33,454 nucleotides of DNA from Candidatus Micrarchaeota archaeon (GCA_040754495.1 JBFMCO010000033.1:1-33454); one strand, 5' to 3'. Shown: positions 8,328 to 17,243, numbered from the stretch's first letter. Numbers and translations are program-made. Notes: generated from the sequence alone by a model not told the origin.

Positions 8328-8379
8328 ACCATGTGGCTGCGGCCACAAGTTCTCCAGTCCCTTCGGGACTGAAGACCGG
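8328..8379. repeat. Modular hairpin element, copy E2 (minimal form), flanked on both sides by heptamer repeats
   Basis: TGTGGC-TGCG-GCCACA (8332-47) then CAGTCCC-TTC-GGGACTG (8355-71). Heptamer repeats lie at 8292-8323 and 8377-8399. Confidence 0.7.
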
Positions 8380-8400
8380 AAACCGGGAACTGGAAACCCC

Positions 8401-8425
8401 TAAGAAAGATATGAAAAGAAAGGAG
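8401..8425 (-). terminator. Oligo-T/pyrimidine-rich archaeal terminator candidate
   Basis: Minus strand reads ctcctttcttttcatatctttctta immediately after the 8432 stop. Confidence 0.45.
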
Positions 8426-8431
8426 TAATGG

Positions 8432-11400
8432 CTAGTACAGGGCCTGCCTGCAGGAGAGGTTCTTGCACATGCTCCCGCGGTAGTTCGACATGCCGCATTT
8501 CGGGCAGTAGACCACCATGGACATCTTGTGGGGCTGGAACATCTTCGAGGCGCCCTTCCCGATGCCCTCGGCCATCTGCTTCATGCTGTCGCCGAAGCTC
8601 TGGCCATGCCCGTGCTTGGAGCGGGCCACGTACTTGGCCACGATCTCCTTCGGGGTGGCAGACTGCGGGAACAGCGGCATCGGCATGTGCCAGAGGAACC
8701 CGAGCGGGTTCGCCCAGCCGAACAGCGAGTTCTGCAGGACGCCGAAGCCGCGGAGCTCCTGGTCCCTCCGTATTGCAAGAGCCTCGGCCGAGACGGTCCT
8801 CCTCGTGGTGTTGTCCATCGCGTCCTTGTAGAGGTCCTTGTCGTAGAGGTACGCAGCCTCCTTGGCCCTGAAGAGGTACTCCGCCATGGGCGCATCGGCG
8901 TGCATCTTCATCCTGTAGTCGCCGATGGTCTCGCCCGGGTTGAAGTCCTCGGTCCTCGCGTTCGCATAGACACCTTTCTTCTGCAGGAATATGTCCTGCG
9001 GGGCCTGCCTCAGGCCTGCAAGGTAGTCGTGCCCCGAGAGCTGGTGCCTCTCCAGGCTGCCGCCTATCACGTTCAGCTTGGCTACCCGGCTGGAGTTCTT
9101 GCCGGCGAACCACTTGAACGAGAACGGGTTGAGCGACTGCATGGCCTCCTGCACCCTGGGCTCGGTGTAGTTCCACTGCCGGAGCGCATCGCCCGTGCTG
9201 TCCCACTTGGAGGCGTAACCCTGCATGGACATCTGCATGCCCCTCAGCATGCCGATGTACGGCCTCATCATCTTGCCGGCCAGGTCCATCGAGAACCCGG
9301 CGTGGGCGATGAAGTTCATGTACTCGCCCTTGCCCATGTAGGCCCTCAGGTTGTCCTTCACGCTGAATGGCACTGCGGGGCCGAAGTGGAAGTACGACGC
9401 CCAGGCCTGGTGGGTGCCGAACGAGGTCGACGTCCTCCATGGGTTCCTGTCTATGGCGTACTGCCACACCTGTATGTATGCCCCGTGCTGGGCCGCGACC
9501 GCCCGGTAGGCGGCCTGCTCCTCCGCAGTCAGGCCTTTCAGCATCTCGCCCGACTGTATCTGGCTCGCCAGCTTGAAGGAGTGCATCCTGAGCTGGGACG
9601 ATACCGGAGTTATGTCGTAGGAAGCCTTGTGGAGGTCTCCGCCTGCCGCGAGGGCCACCTTCGATATGTAGTCCCCGCCGTGCATGCCGAGGTCCCTGAA
9701 GGGCTTGACCACGCCGCTCATGGTGTGGCCGTCGGCACCGAAGAAGCGCAGCACCGAGGGCGCCACAGGGGCGACCTGGCGCTTCGCCTCGACCGATACC
9801 GCGCTCTCCTTCCAGAAGCGGTCGTAGTCGTGCGTCGTCGTGCAGTACTGCCACAGGACCGAGGCGAGCACCTTCTCCTTCTCGTAGTTGTACCCGCCTT
9901 CCTTGGCCCACTTGAGCGTCGAGTCCACGAACGGCTGCCACTCGTTGACGTCCTTCGAGCCGCGCACCTTGTAGAACTGCTGCTGGAGGTCGTCCCTTCC
10001 GGCGAACTTCACCGGCACTTCCTCTGGTATGAACTTCCTCAGCACGCCCTTCTCGTCGCGGAGCGCGGTCTCGCCGGCCATCACGCGGTCGTAGTCGCTG
10101 AGCATCATGCCCTTCTTGTAGTAGGCATAGCCGCCCTCATGGAGCATCACGACAGCCTTGTTGGACCGGGCTATCTCGTCGTAGGTCATGTCCCTGCTGA
10201 TGACGCGCTGGTAGGCCTCCTTGTGCGCCTCCATCATCTCCTTGAGCTTGGCGACATGCTTCGGGTTGGACATGTCCATCTTGTCCAGGAACATCCTGTC
10301 CGGGTGGTTCGCGTCCAGGCCCTTCTCCTGCAGCGCCTTCTCCATGAAGCCCGAGATTATGCCGGCGTAGAAGCGGGTGGTCTCCCTGGTCGTGCCGTAG
10401 GTGTTCTGGCCGAAGTGGGAATTGAACCTCTGCTCCATGTCCTGCATGAGCTGGTCCGCAATCCAGAGCTTCTTGGCCTGCTGGCCCCTCTGCTCCACCG
10501 TCCAGCTGGAAGAGCCGGCGGTGCGGTTGAGCTCGGCCTCTATGGACTGCTTGAAGGCAGGCACATAGCTCTTGGTGAACCGGGATTCCACCCACTGGCC
10601 GATTGCGAAGTTCTCCCTCGAATCAAGGGCAGGCACCCAGTGCCTTGCCAGGTCGACCTTCGTGAGGTTCTTCGGGAGCTCGAGCTCCTTGTCCGATGCC
10701 CTCCAGGTCATCCTGCCCGTCTTGGGGTCCATGTCGCCGATTCTGGCTATGTTGCCGCCCTGCATGAAGTCCACGAGCTGGGCAATCGAGGCCCTCTCCA
10801 TGCTCACGCTCCACTGCTTCTTGGTTGAGTACTGGTCGAATGCCGCGCGTGCCGGCTCCTCGAAAAGGGCAAGAAGGTCCTGCCTGTTGCGCTCTGCGAC
10901 CTTGCGGAGCTGCGTCGCGTCCCTCATGTGCTCCGGAAGCTGGTCCATCGTGGCCGCAAGCTTGGCCGCCGCCCTGCCCGGGTCGGCGTCGTGTATGTCG
11001 ATGAGGCCGGTGAGCCGGTTCGCTACGTTAAGCCTGGCCGAGAGGAGCTCCTCCTTCAGGCCGCCGCGCAGGTAGCCGTTCTCGGCATCCCATATCATCG
11101 TGCGCAGCACCATGGTCTCCCAGACCTGGCTGCCCCTCGGCGCTTCGCCGCCGACGTGGCAGACGTAGGCGTCTTCGCTGACCCTGCCGCCGCCGCGGGC
11201 CGCCATCTTCACCCTGTTCTGCTCCTCGAGGGCCTGCTGCAGCGAGAGCATCTTAATGTGGTCCGGCTGGGCCGACGTCTCTATGGACTGCAGCCTCTGC
11301 GAGAAGGTCAGCATCTGGTGGTCCAGGTGCGCCCCGTACGTCTCGGCAACCCTCATCAGCGAGGAGAGCTTCTCCTGCGAGCTCATCGCGCTGTTTGCGA

Positions 11401-13237
11401 GCACCTTGCGTATCTCTCCCTCAGCCGCTGCGAGCTCCGCCGAGGCGTGGAGGTTGGACCTCTTGAGTATGTCCATGTCCAGGTGCCCCATGCTCGCAAG
11501 CTCCTGCTCGCTTATGTCGAAGCGCACGCCCATCTTCTTGTAGAGCTGGCGCAGGACGTAGCGCATCTCGTCCCGCATCGCCTCGTTGTGGAGGGTGCGG
11601 TAGAGGTGGGACATCTTGTCGTTTATCGGGAACATTGCCCCCACGACCACCTGCGAGGGGTGCTTCTGGAGCTGGCCCGAGAGCCAGGCCGCCGTGGGCG
11701 AAGTCCTCGCCTTGGCCTCCAGCTCCTCGACCGCGTGTTTCCCGCCGAGCATCTCCATCGTGGTCCTGGCCGTGGAGCGGGCGAGGTGCGGAGCCTCCGT
11801 GACTATGGCCTTGGACATCCTGCCCATGACCCTCGCGGTCCTGACGGTCGAGTCCGTGCCGGCCATCACCACGCCGCTGAGTATGGCGTACCTGTTCGCG
11901 CCGTAGAACTTGCCGAGCGTGTTTGTGAGCCGGTAGTGCATCGCGCTCCTCTTGCCTATCTCCGGGTGGCCTGTCAGCGTCTCGAGTGTCTGGAACGCCC
12001 TCATGCTGTAGAGGTAGTCCTTGAGCGTCATGGCGAGGAGCGCCTCGCGTCCGCCCCTGCCCTCGAGGGCTGCTATCACCTGCGCAGCTGTCCTGTGCTC
12101 GGCGTCTCCCCAGTGGTAGGGCAGGTTCGCCAGGCGGCGCAGGTCGTCCCCGCGCATGCCGGCTGCCTTGGCACCGGTAACGAACGCCTCGGAAATCGCC
12201 CTCTGCTGGGCTACGCCTGCCGCTCCTGCGCCCGCGGCGCGGTCTGCGGCGGTACCAGAAGCCGAGCGGGCCGCCCTCCGGGCCTGCTCGAACTCGGAAT
12301 CTCCGCGGAACTGGTTCTGCAGTATGCCTGACGAGAGCGAGGCAGCCTTGGCCGCCTCCCTCATCTTGTCGCCGGTCGTCCTCTTCATTTCCGTGTAACC
12401 GAAGGGAGCTAGTATCTGGCCGCTCGCAGTCACGCCCTTGGGCGTCGGAAGCTTCGGGGTGGTTATGTCAAGGAGCGACACCGGGGACTTGCCCGCGAAG
12501 TAGAGCGACGCCATGAGCAGGCCCATTATCATGAAAAGGGCCACGCACGGAAGCGCGCCTCCAGCGCCTATGCCCTGGCCTCCGCTGGTCGAAACCCCGT
12601 TTATGAAGTTCTGCACGTTCTGGGCGAACTGCGTCGCAGCAGTTACGTTGGCGTTGTTGAACTCGTATTCGGCCGAGCTCTGCTGGTACGGGTCCTCCGG
12701 CCTCGGCACGAAAGTCACGCGCACGTACGTCCTCGCGCCCTGCGTGACGGGCGTCAGGTCGCACTGGCCGTAGTAATATGTATACTGGGTGAGAGCGCCT
12801 CCGGCTTCCCTGGAAGGCACGTAGGCGGTCCCTTCCCTGTCCGCGACGACATCATCGCATCCGGGAACCGGGCTCCAGAGCCCGCGGTACGCGTTGCCCT
12901 GGGGGTTGAAGTATTCGACGACGAAGTGGGCGTTCTGGATGGAGGAGAAGTTGAACTGGTAGTCCCTCGACTGCTCGTTGGCCTCGAGGGCCTTCTGGCT
13001 CATGCACTGCTGGACGTTCGGCTGGGTGCGGCACTCCTGGTACCACTGGTTCACCCTTTGCTGGCTCGTGGTGCCGCTGGTGCTTACCGCGGGCTGGAAG
13101 ACCAGCACGCTTATGTTGAGCACCCTGCCGGTATCGTCCGCCGGCTGGATGGTGACCTGCGTCTCGCTCTGGGCGAATGCCACAGACGCCAGCAGGGCGA
13201 GCATCAGAGCGCCGAAAACGTGTTTCATCGATATCAT
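8432..13237 (-). CDS. Giant (1601-aa) single-pass membrane protein of unknown function with C-terminal Cys4 zinc ribbon
   Basis: SD GAGGGTG before ATG 13237; signal peptide; about 200-aa outer domain; TM ALPCVALFMIMGLLMASLYF followed by GKSPVSLLDITTPKLP; long helical region; ends YCPKCGMSNYRGSMCKNLSC. Confidence 0.85.
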   Translation of the reverse strand: MISMKHVFGALMLALLASVAFAQSETQVTIQPADDTGRVLNISVLVFQPAVSTSGTTSQQRVNQWYQECRTQPNVQQCMSQKALEANEQSRDYQFNFSSIQNAHFVVEYFNPQGNAYRGLWSPVPGCDDVVADREGTAYVPSREAGGALTQYTYYYGQCDLTPVTQGARTYVRVTFVPRPEDPYQQSSAEYEFNNANVTAATQFAQNVQNFINGVSTSGGQGIGAGGALPCVALFMIMGLLMASLYFAGKSPVSLLDITTPKLPTPKGVTASGQILAPFGYTEMKRTTGDKMREAAKAASLSSGILQNQFRGDSEFEQARRAARSASGTAADRAAGAGAAGVAQQRAISEAFVTGAKAAGMRGDDLRRLANLPYHWGDAEHRTAAQVIAALEGRGGREALLAMTLKDYLYSMRAFQTLETLTGHPEIGKRSAMHYRLTNTLGKFYGANRYAILSGVVMAGTDSTVRTARVMGRMSKAIVTEAPHLARSTARTTMEMLGGKHAVEELEAKARTSPTAAWLSGQLQKHPSQVVVGAMFPINDKMSHLYRTLHNEAMRDEMRYVLRQLYKKMGVRFDISEQELASMGHLDMDILKRSNLHASAELAAAEGEIRKVLANSAMSSQEKLSSLMRVAETYGAHLDHQMLTFSQRLQSIETSAQPDHIKMLSLQQALEEQNRVKMAARGGGRVSEDAYVCHVGGEAPRGSQVWETMVLRTMIWDAENGYLRGGLKEELLSARLNVANRLTGLIDIHDADPGRAAAKLAATMDQLPEHMRDATQLRKVAERNRQDLLALFEEPARAAFDQYSTKKQWSVSMERASIAQLVDFMQGGNIARIGDMDPKTGRMTWRASDKELELPKNLTKVDLARHWVPALDSRENFAIGQWVESRFTKSYVPAFKQSIEAELNRTAGSSSWTVEQRGQQAKKLWIADQLMQDMEQRFNSHFGQNTYGTTRETTRFYAGIISGFMEKALQEKGLDANHPDRMFLDKMDMSNPKHVAKLKEMMEAHKEAYQRVISRDMTYDEIARSNKAVVMLHEGGYAYYKKGMMLSDYDRVMAGETALRDEKGVLRKFIPEEVPVKFAGRDDLQQQFYKVRGSKDVNEWQPFVDSTLKWAKEGGYNYEKEKVLASVLWQYCTTTHDYDRFWKESAVSVEAKRQVAPVAPSVLRFFGADGHTMSGVVKPFRDLGMHGGDYISKVALAAGGDLHKASYDITPVSSQLRMHSFKLASQIQSGEMLKGLTAEEQAAYRAVAAQHGAYIQVWQYAIDRNPWRTSTSFGTHQAWASYFHFGPAVPFSVKDNLRAYMGKGEYMNFIAHAGFSMDLAGKMMRPYIGMLRGMQMSMQGYASKWDSTGDALRQWNYTEPRVQEAMQSLNPFSFKWFAGKNSSRVAKLNVIGGSLERHQLSGHDYLAGLRQAPQDIFLQKKGVYANARTEDFNPGETIGDYRMKMHADAPMAEYLFRAKEAAYLYDKDLYKDAMDNTTRRTVSAEALAIRRDQELRGFGVLQNSLFGWANPLGFLWHMPMPLFPQSATPKEIVAKYVARSKHGHGQSFGDSMKQMAEGIGKGASKMFQPHKMSMVVYCPKCGMSNYRGSMCKNLSCRQALY

Positions 13238-13276
13238 ACCGAACACCCTCGTGTCTGCTATATTCGCGTCTTCGGC

Positions 13277-13351
13277 GCTTTAAAAAGGTTTATGTTCATA
13301 GCATATATGAAAAATACAAAAACTACAAAGTTTGTAGTTTTTTGTTATAAT
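13277..13351. promoter_or_regulatory. Divergent promoter region with palindromic operator
   Basis: Minus-strand TATA TTTTTAAA (13279-86) and plus-strand TTATAAT (13345-51). Perfect IR AAAAACTACAAA-G-TTTGTAGTTTTT at 13318-13342 and second IR TTCATA-n5-TATGAA at 13295-13311. Confidence 0.7.
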
Positions 13352-13371
13352 AAGTTTGCGAAGGTGGTTAT

Positions 13372-14385
13372 TTGAAGGGACCAAACCCGTTCGCGCTATG
13401 GGAGGACGACCCCTCGGCCATATGCGGAAGGAAAGACGAATCCAGGATATTTATGTCTTTCGCCAATGGCGCATCCTCAAATCAGGCAGGGGTGATGCTT
13501 GTCGTCGGAGGGCCGGGAGAGGGGAAGAGCGCCATGCTCCGGTATTTCCGGAGCGAGGCCGAGAAGGCAGGCATGCTCGCCCCGTATGTCAATGCAGAGA
13601 AGGGGGAGAACGAGGCGGACATAGCGGACAAGCTGTACCAGGAAATCATCTCGTCCGGGGCGAAGCCCGCCCACGCCGCGCCGGATGGCTTTTCGGGCCT
13701 GGCTGAATTCGCCGGAAAGGCAGCAAAAAAGGGGTTCGGGGCGGCATTGCTCATTGACGACCTTGACAACATGAAGAAGGCCGACGAGGCCCTCGACGGG
13801 ATTTTAAGGCTGCTAAAAGCCTCGTGGGGAAAACGGAACGTCTCTTTCATCGTCAGCTCTACGAGGGAGTTCCGGGCCGGGTCGGATCTCCTCACGCTCG
13901 TGCGCCTGAAGCCCTTTGGCGAGCATGATGCGCGGGAGATGATGGAAAAAGCGCTCAAGAAAGGGCCGCCCAAGATGGGCGAGGAGTGCCTGCAGTCCGT
14001 TCTTGCCGACACCGGGGGGAACCCGAAGCTCATGAAGAGGGTCTGCCACGAGATTTACGAGCGGCTCAGGGAGAACGAGAAGGTGATAACCAAGGGGCAT
14101 TACCTTGCATATCTCCCCCAGATAATGGGGGCGCTCTCGAGGGAATGGTTCGGCAGGCTGTACCAGGAGACGCCTGGCGCGGAGAGGGCCATCCTGCAGG
14201 TCATGGCGAAAAGCGAGGAGGGGATGCACGTTTCGGACATCGCGAAAAAGCTCGGCAAGCCCCTCGGACCCGTTACTGCATTGACGAAAAGGCTGCTTGA
14301 GCGGGGGCAGGTTGTCAAGCTGGACCGGGGAAAGTACCGGGTTTTCTCCAAGCTGTATGCGAAATATGTCTCGCAGAGGGGCTAG
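13372..14385 (+). CDS. Archaeal AAA-type/P-loop ATPase with C-terminal winged HTH (putative regulator)
   Basis: Walker A GGPGEGKS, Walker B LLIDDLD, C-terminal MarR-like wHTH (GMHVSDIAKKLGKPLGPVTALTKRLLERGQVVKLDRGKY). TTG start with SD AGGTGG. Confidence 0.85.
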   Translation: MKGPNPFALWEDDPSAICGRKDESRIFMSFANGASSNQAGVMLVVGGPGEGKSAMLRYFRSEAEKAGMLAPYVNAEKGENEADIADKLYQEIISSGAKPAHAAPDGFSGLAEFAGKAAKKGFGAALLIDDLDNMKKADEALDGILRLLKASWGKRNVSFIVSSTREFRAGSDLLTLVRLKPFGEHDAREMMEKALKKGPPKMGEECLQSVLADTGGNPKLMKRVCHEIYERLRENEKVITKGHYLAYLPQIMGALSREWFGRLYQETPGAERAILQVMAKSEEGMHVSDIAKKLGKPLGPVTALTKRLLERGQVVKLDRGKYRVFSKLYAKYVSQRG

Positions 14386-14897
14386 GCCGCGCGGGCCCAG
14401 TCTATCCCGAACGTCTCCTCGAACTCCCCCACCGCGGCCGCATCACGGACAATCACGGAGGCCTCCCTGTTCTTGAACAGCGCCGAGTTGCTGAGGTTGT
14501 GCGAGCCTACGAGGACCGCCTTCCCGTCAACTATGATGAACTTGGAGTGCGTGAGCTTCTGCGCGCTTCCCGCGTATCTTATGTTGAAGCCCTTCGAGGC
14601 CAGCTCGCGGTAGATTTCGTCGTTCTCCCCGCTCACCACGTTGCGCTCCACGATTATCCTGATTTCCACGCCCCGGGCCTTCGCCCTCTCGAGGGCGGCT
14701 ACGACGTCCCGGGAGCTCATGACATAGACTTCTATGTCGAGCGTCTCCTGCGCGCTGTCTATGAACCCGATAATCTCACCGCCCTGCTCCGGGGAGAATA
14801 CAGTGGAGATTGCAGGGGCAAGGAAAAGCTGCTGTATTAGCATCACAACTAGCGCTCCGGCTGCCACGCCTGCTCCGAATATCATCCCCCGATTCAT
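14382..14897 (-). CDS. Membrane-anchored phospholipase D-family protein with single HKD (Nuc/Zuc-like nuclease or PLD)
   Basis: LTHSKFIIVDGKAVLVGSHNLS = HxKx4Dx6GSxN, one copy only. N-terminal TM (MIFGAGVAAGALVVMLI). Start 14897 inferred. Confidence 0.88.
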   Translation of the reverse strand: MNRGMIFGAGVAAGALVVMLIQQLFLAPAISTVFSPEQGGEIIGFIDSAQETLDIEVYVMSSRDVVAALERAKARGVEIRIIVERNVVSGENDEIYRELASKGFNIRYAGSAQKLTHSKFIIVDGKAVLVGSHNLSNSALFKNREASVIVRDAAAVGEFEETFGIDWARAA

Positions 14898-14950
14898 CTG
14901 GGTGGTTATCGGAAGGAAAGAATAAAACATTTAGGATTTTCGGGCCTGCT

Positions 14951-15295
14951 TCAGTTCGTGGACGGGCCGCCGAACACCGCGATGCAGTAGCTCCGGTTAC
15001 CGGCATCAGCGAGCCTGTCGCATATTTTTATGTCGCCGGCGGATTTGGCCACGGTCCCGTAGCAGGAGGGGACGTTCTCCCTCTTGTAGAGGCGGTCGCA
15101 GAAGGACGTGTCCTTCGCGTCCTCGGCCTCCTGCACGCGGCAGCCGTCCATGCACAGCTCGCCTGCGCCGGGGCCCGAGCCGCACTGGGAGGCGCACCTC
15201 TGGAAATTCGCGCTGCCTGCGCCCAAACTGCCTCCCGGCTCTGAAACGCAGCCAGCCAGAAGGAACGCCAGGACCACAAATACCAGGGCTTTCAT
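14951..15295 (-). CDS. Small Cys-rich lipoprotein-like surface protein
   Basis: MKALVFVVLAFLLAGC lipobox-like leader; repeated DxSxCxxL...CYxxVA / DxxICxxL...YC units. Confidence 0.75.
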   Translation of the reverse strand: MKALVFVVLAFLLAGCVSEPGGSLGAGSANFQRCASQCGSGPGAGELCMDGCRVQEAEDAKDTSFCDRLYKRENVPSCYGTVAKSAGDIKICDRLADAGNRSYCIAVFGGPSTN

Positions 15296-15305
15296 AGTAT
15301 CACCA

Positions 15306-16184
15306 TCAGAGCCTCATGAAATAATCCGAGAGCTTCACAAAATGCGTCGTCGAGGTGCGGTCTATCTCGATTATCTTCCTTTTCTCAAGGCGGTTTATGG
15401 CCATAGCCAGGCTCGATTTCGAGATGCTTGTCTTCCTCTCCAGCTCGTTGCGGCGCGATTTGCCCTCTGACGAGAGCAGGTAGTTCACTATCTTCGTGTC
15501 ATTTTCGTTGAACGTCTCCATCATCTCTTTCTTGCCGGCCGTGAGGTCGAGCGTAGGCTGCTTCTCCTGCGGGGCGGATGCCGGGGGGGCAGGCTGGATA
15601 GGCGGGGCCGAGACGAACACCGTCTTCGTCCCTCCCCGGAGGGCTATCGCGGCGATGACGGCTGCGATGAGCAGGGCTGCGCCGATAAGATATATCTGGG
15701 GTATCCCCTCGTCAGTCGCCTGTGGCACTTCGTCAAGCTTGTAATATACGGTCAGCAGCTTGGAGAATCCGAAGGAGAGTTCGGTCCTCGAATTTAGCGA
15801 CGAGACCGAATCCGGCTGGGGGAAGGAGTTCTGTATGGAAGCGTAGGACGGCATGAAGACGCGCACGCTGGCGCCATCAGGAGGGGAAAACGAGAGGCGC
15901 CACGATGAATCGGTCTTGCTGGTGAAGAGCGAGGTCGTGAATGAGAAGGTGGTGAAGCCGCTCTGGCCGGGCACGATGGAAGCGGAGCCGTTAGAGAGCC
16001 GATAAGAGCCGCCGACGATGCGGATGTCGCTCGCGTCCGAGGGCAGGGCTACTGAGACGTTCTCGCCCCCCTGCATCGAGACGGTGACCGAGGAGAGGCC
16101 CGAGCGGTCTACGTCGACGGTGAACACGTGCGTAGCTGCGCTGAGCGAAAGGATGACTAGCAGGGCGACAATGGGCTTGTTCAT
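15306..16184 (-). CDS. Membrane-tethered winged-HTH protein (COG2512-like one-component regulator)
   Basis: Signal peptide, beta-rich outer domain, TM IYLIGAALLIAAVIAAIAL, Pro-rich linker, C-terminal wHTH (SRRNELERKTSISKSSLAMAINRLEKRKIIEI). Confidence 0.82.
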   Translation of the reverse strand: MNKPIVALLVILSLSAATHVFTVDVDRSGLSSVTVSMQGGENVSVALPSDASDIRIVGGSYRLSNGSASIVPGQSGFTTFSFTTSLFTSKTDSSWRLSFSPPDGASVRVFMPSYASIQNSFPQPDSVSSLNSRTELSFGFSKLLTVYYKLDEVPQATDEGIPQIYLIGAALLIAAVIAAIALRGGTKTVFVSAPPIQPAPPASAPQEKQPTLDLTAGKKEMMETFNENDTKIVNYLLSSEGKSRRNELERKTSISKSSLAMAINRLEKRKIIEIDRTSTTHFVKLSDYFMRL

Positions 16185-16277
16185 GTTTGTTCACTCCGGT
16201 TCGTGCGCATTCGTGGAATCATATATATGCCGTTCATGTTTTTATCCCTTCGTCCCCCTGGGGATGGAGGTATCCGT

Positions 16278-17225
16278 ATGAACCGGATGATATTGATGCT
16301 CGCGCTCGGGCTCCTCGCGCTGCCTGTGTTCGCGCAGGAAGCGGGAAATGAGAGTTCGGCCGAGTCAACGGTGGATGCAAATGCCACTGCGGACGTAGGA
16401 ATAAACGAGAGCCAGGTCGGGGCTCTGCCCGACGACTTCTTCTACGGCTTCAAGAGGTTCTTCGAGAACGTGGACAAGTTCTTCACGCTCGACAAGGCCG
16501 AGGCCGCGAAGAAACACGCATATTACGGCAAGCTCAGGGCGGTCGAGGCGCACCTCATGTCCGGGAAGGCGCAGAAATACGCCGCCATGAGCGATGAGGA
16601 GGCGGAGGCCAAGGCCCTTGAGATTGTCAACCAGCTCGTGAACGAGTCAAACAGCGAGCAGGAAGACGCCCAGGCCGACCTGGAGGATGCCGTCGATGAC
16701 GGAAGCGCTGACGAGGCTGACGTGGAGGAGGTCGAGAACAACACCCGCAACAGCATAATAGTATTGCAGAGGGTGTACGAGAAGGCCCCCGAATCGGCCA
16801 AGGAAGGCCTGCTCAGGGCGCTCAACAACTCCATAAACAACTACGAGAGGCACACCGAGAAGGTCGAATCCAAGGTCAAGGTGAGGACCGAGGGCAACGA
16901 GACTGAAGACGAGGACGAAAACGAGACTGGGAGCGACAACGGCAAGGGCAAAGACAAGAACAAGACCAAGGGCGGAGACGAAGATGAGCTCGGCTCCGAC
17001 GACGAAAATGAGACCGAAGTCGAGGTGGAGTCCGAAACCGAAATCGAGTCCGGCAATGAGACGGAAACCGAATCGGGCGGGGATGACGACAACGAGACCG
17101 AAGTGGAATCCGAAACGGAAGTGGAAGTAGAATCGGATGACGATGGTCTTGGTGTCGGCGTAGGCGCGAACGTCACCATCGGCGCAGGCAATGGCAAAGG
17201 CGGGCCCGACGAAGAGGACGACTGA
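16278..17225 (+). CDS. Secreted DUF5667-like helical protein with acidic low-complexity tail
   Basis: SD GGAGGT then ATG 16278; signal peptide; LPDDFFYGFKRFFE...FT motif typical of DUF5667; NETE/ESETE repeats. Confidence 0.75.
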   Translation: MNRMILMLALGLLALPVFAQEAGNESSAESTVDANATADVGINESQVGALPDDFFYGFKRFFENVDKFFTLDKAEAAKKHAYYGKLRAVEAHLMSGKAQKYAAMSDEEAEAKALEIVNQLVNESNSEQEDAQADLEDAVDDGSADEADVEEVENNTRNSIIVLQRVYEKAPESAKEGLLRALNNSINNYERHTEKVESKVKVRTEGNETEDEDENETGSDNGKGKDKNKTKGGDEDELGSDDENETEVEVESETEIESGNETETESGGDDDNETEVESETEVEVESDDDGLGVGVGANVTIGAGNGKGGPDEEDD

Positions 17226-17227
17226 GT

Positions 17228-17243
17228 CCTCTTTCTTTTTTTA
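17228..17243 (+). terminator. Oligo-T terminator candidate
   Basis: cctctttcttttttt directly after the 17225 stop. Confidence 0.55.

Noticed and set aside
8322-8395. Hammerhead ribozyme (CUGAAGA occurs twice, with a CCGG-AAA-CCGG stem II)
   Set aside because: GAAC follows instead of GAAA, and no NUH triplet sits at the required stem I/III junction. The match comes from heptamer repeats.
8528-12331. Long plus-strand ORFs (766 aa, 467 aa) and other shadow ORFs such as 29566-31425, 24740-26476, 23244-24743 and 31786-32895
   Set aside because: Antisense or alternate-frame shadows of well-supported genes, expected at this GC content; no motifs.
8432-13237. Phage tape-measure protein / prophage
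   Set aside because: It has a signal peptide and a terminal Zn ribbon, and no capsid, terminase, tail or integrase genes are nearby.
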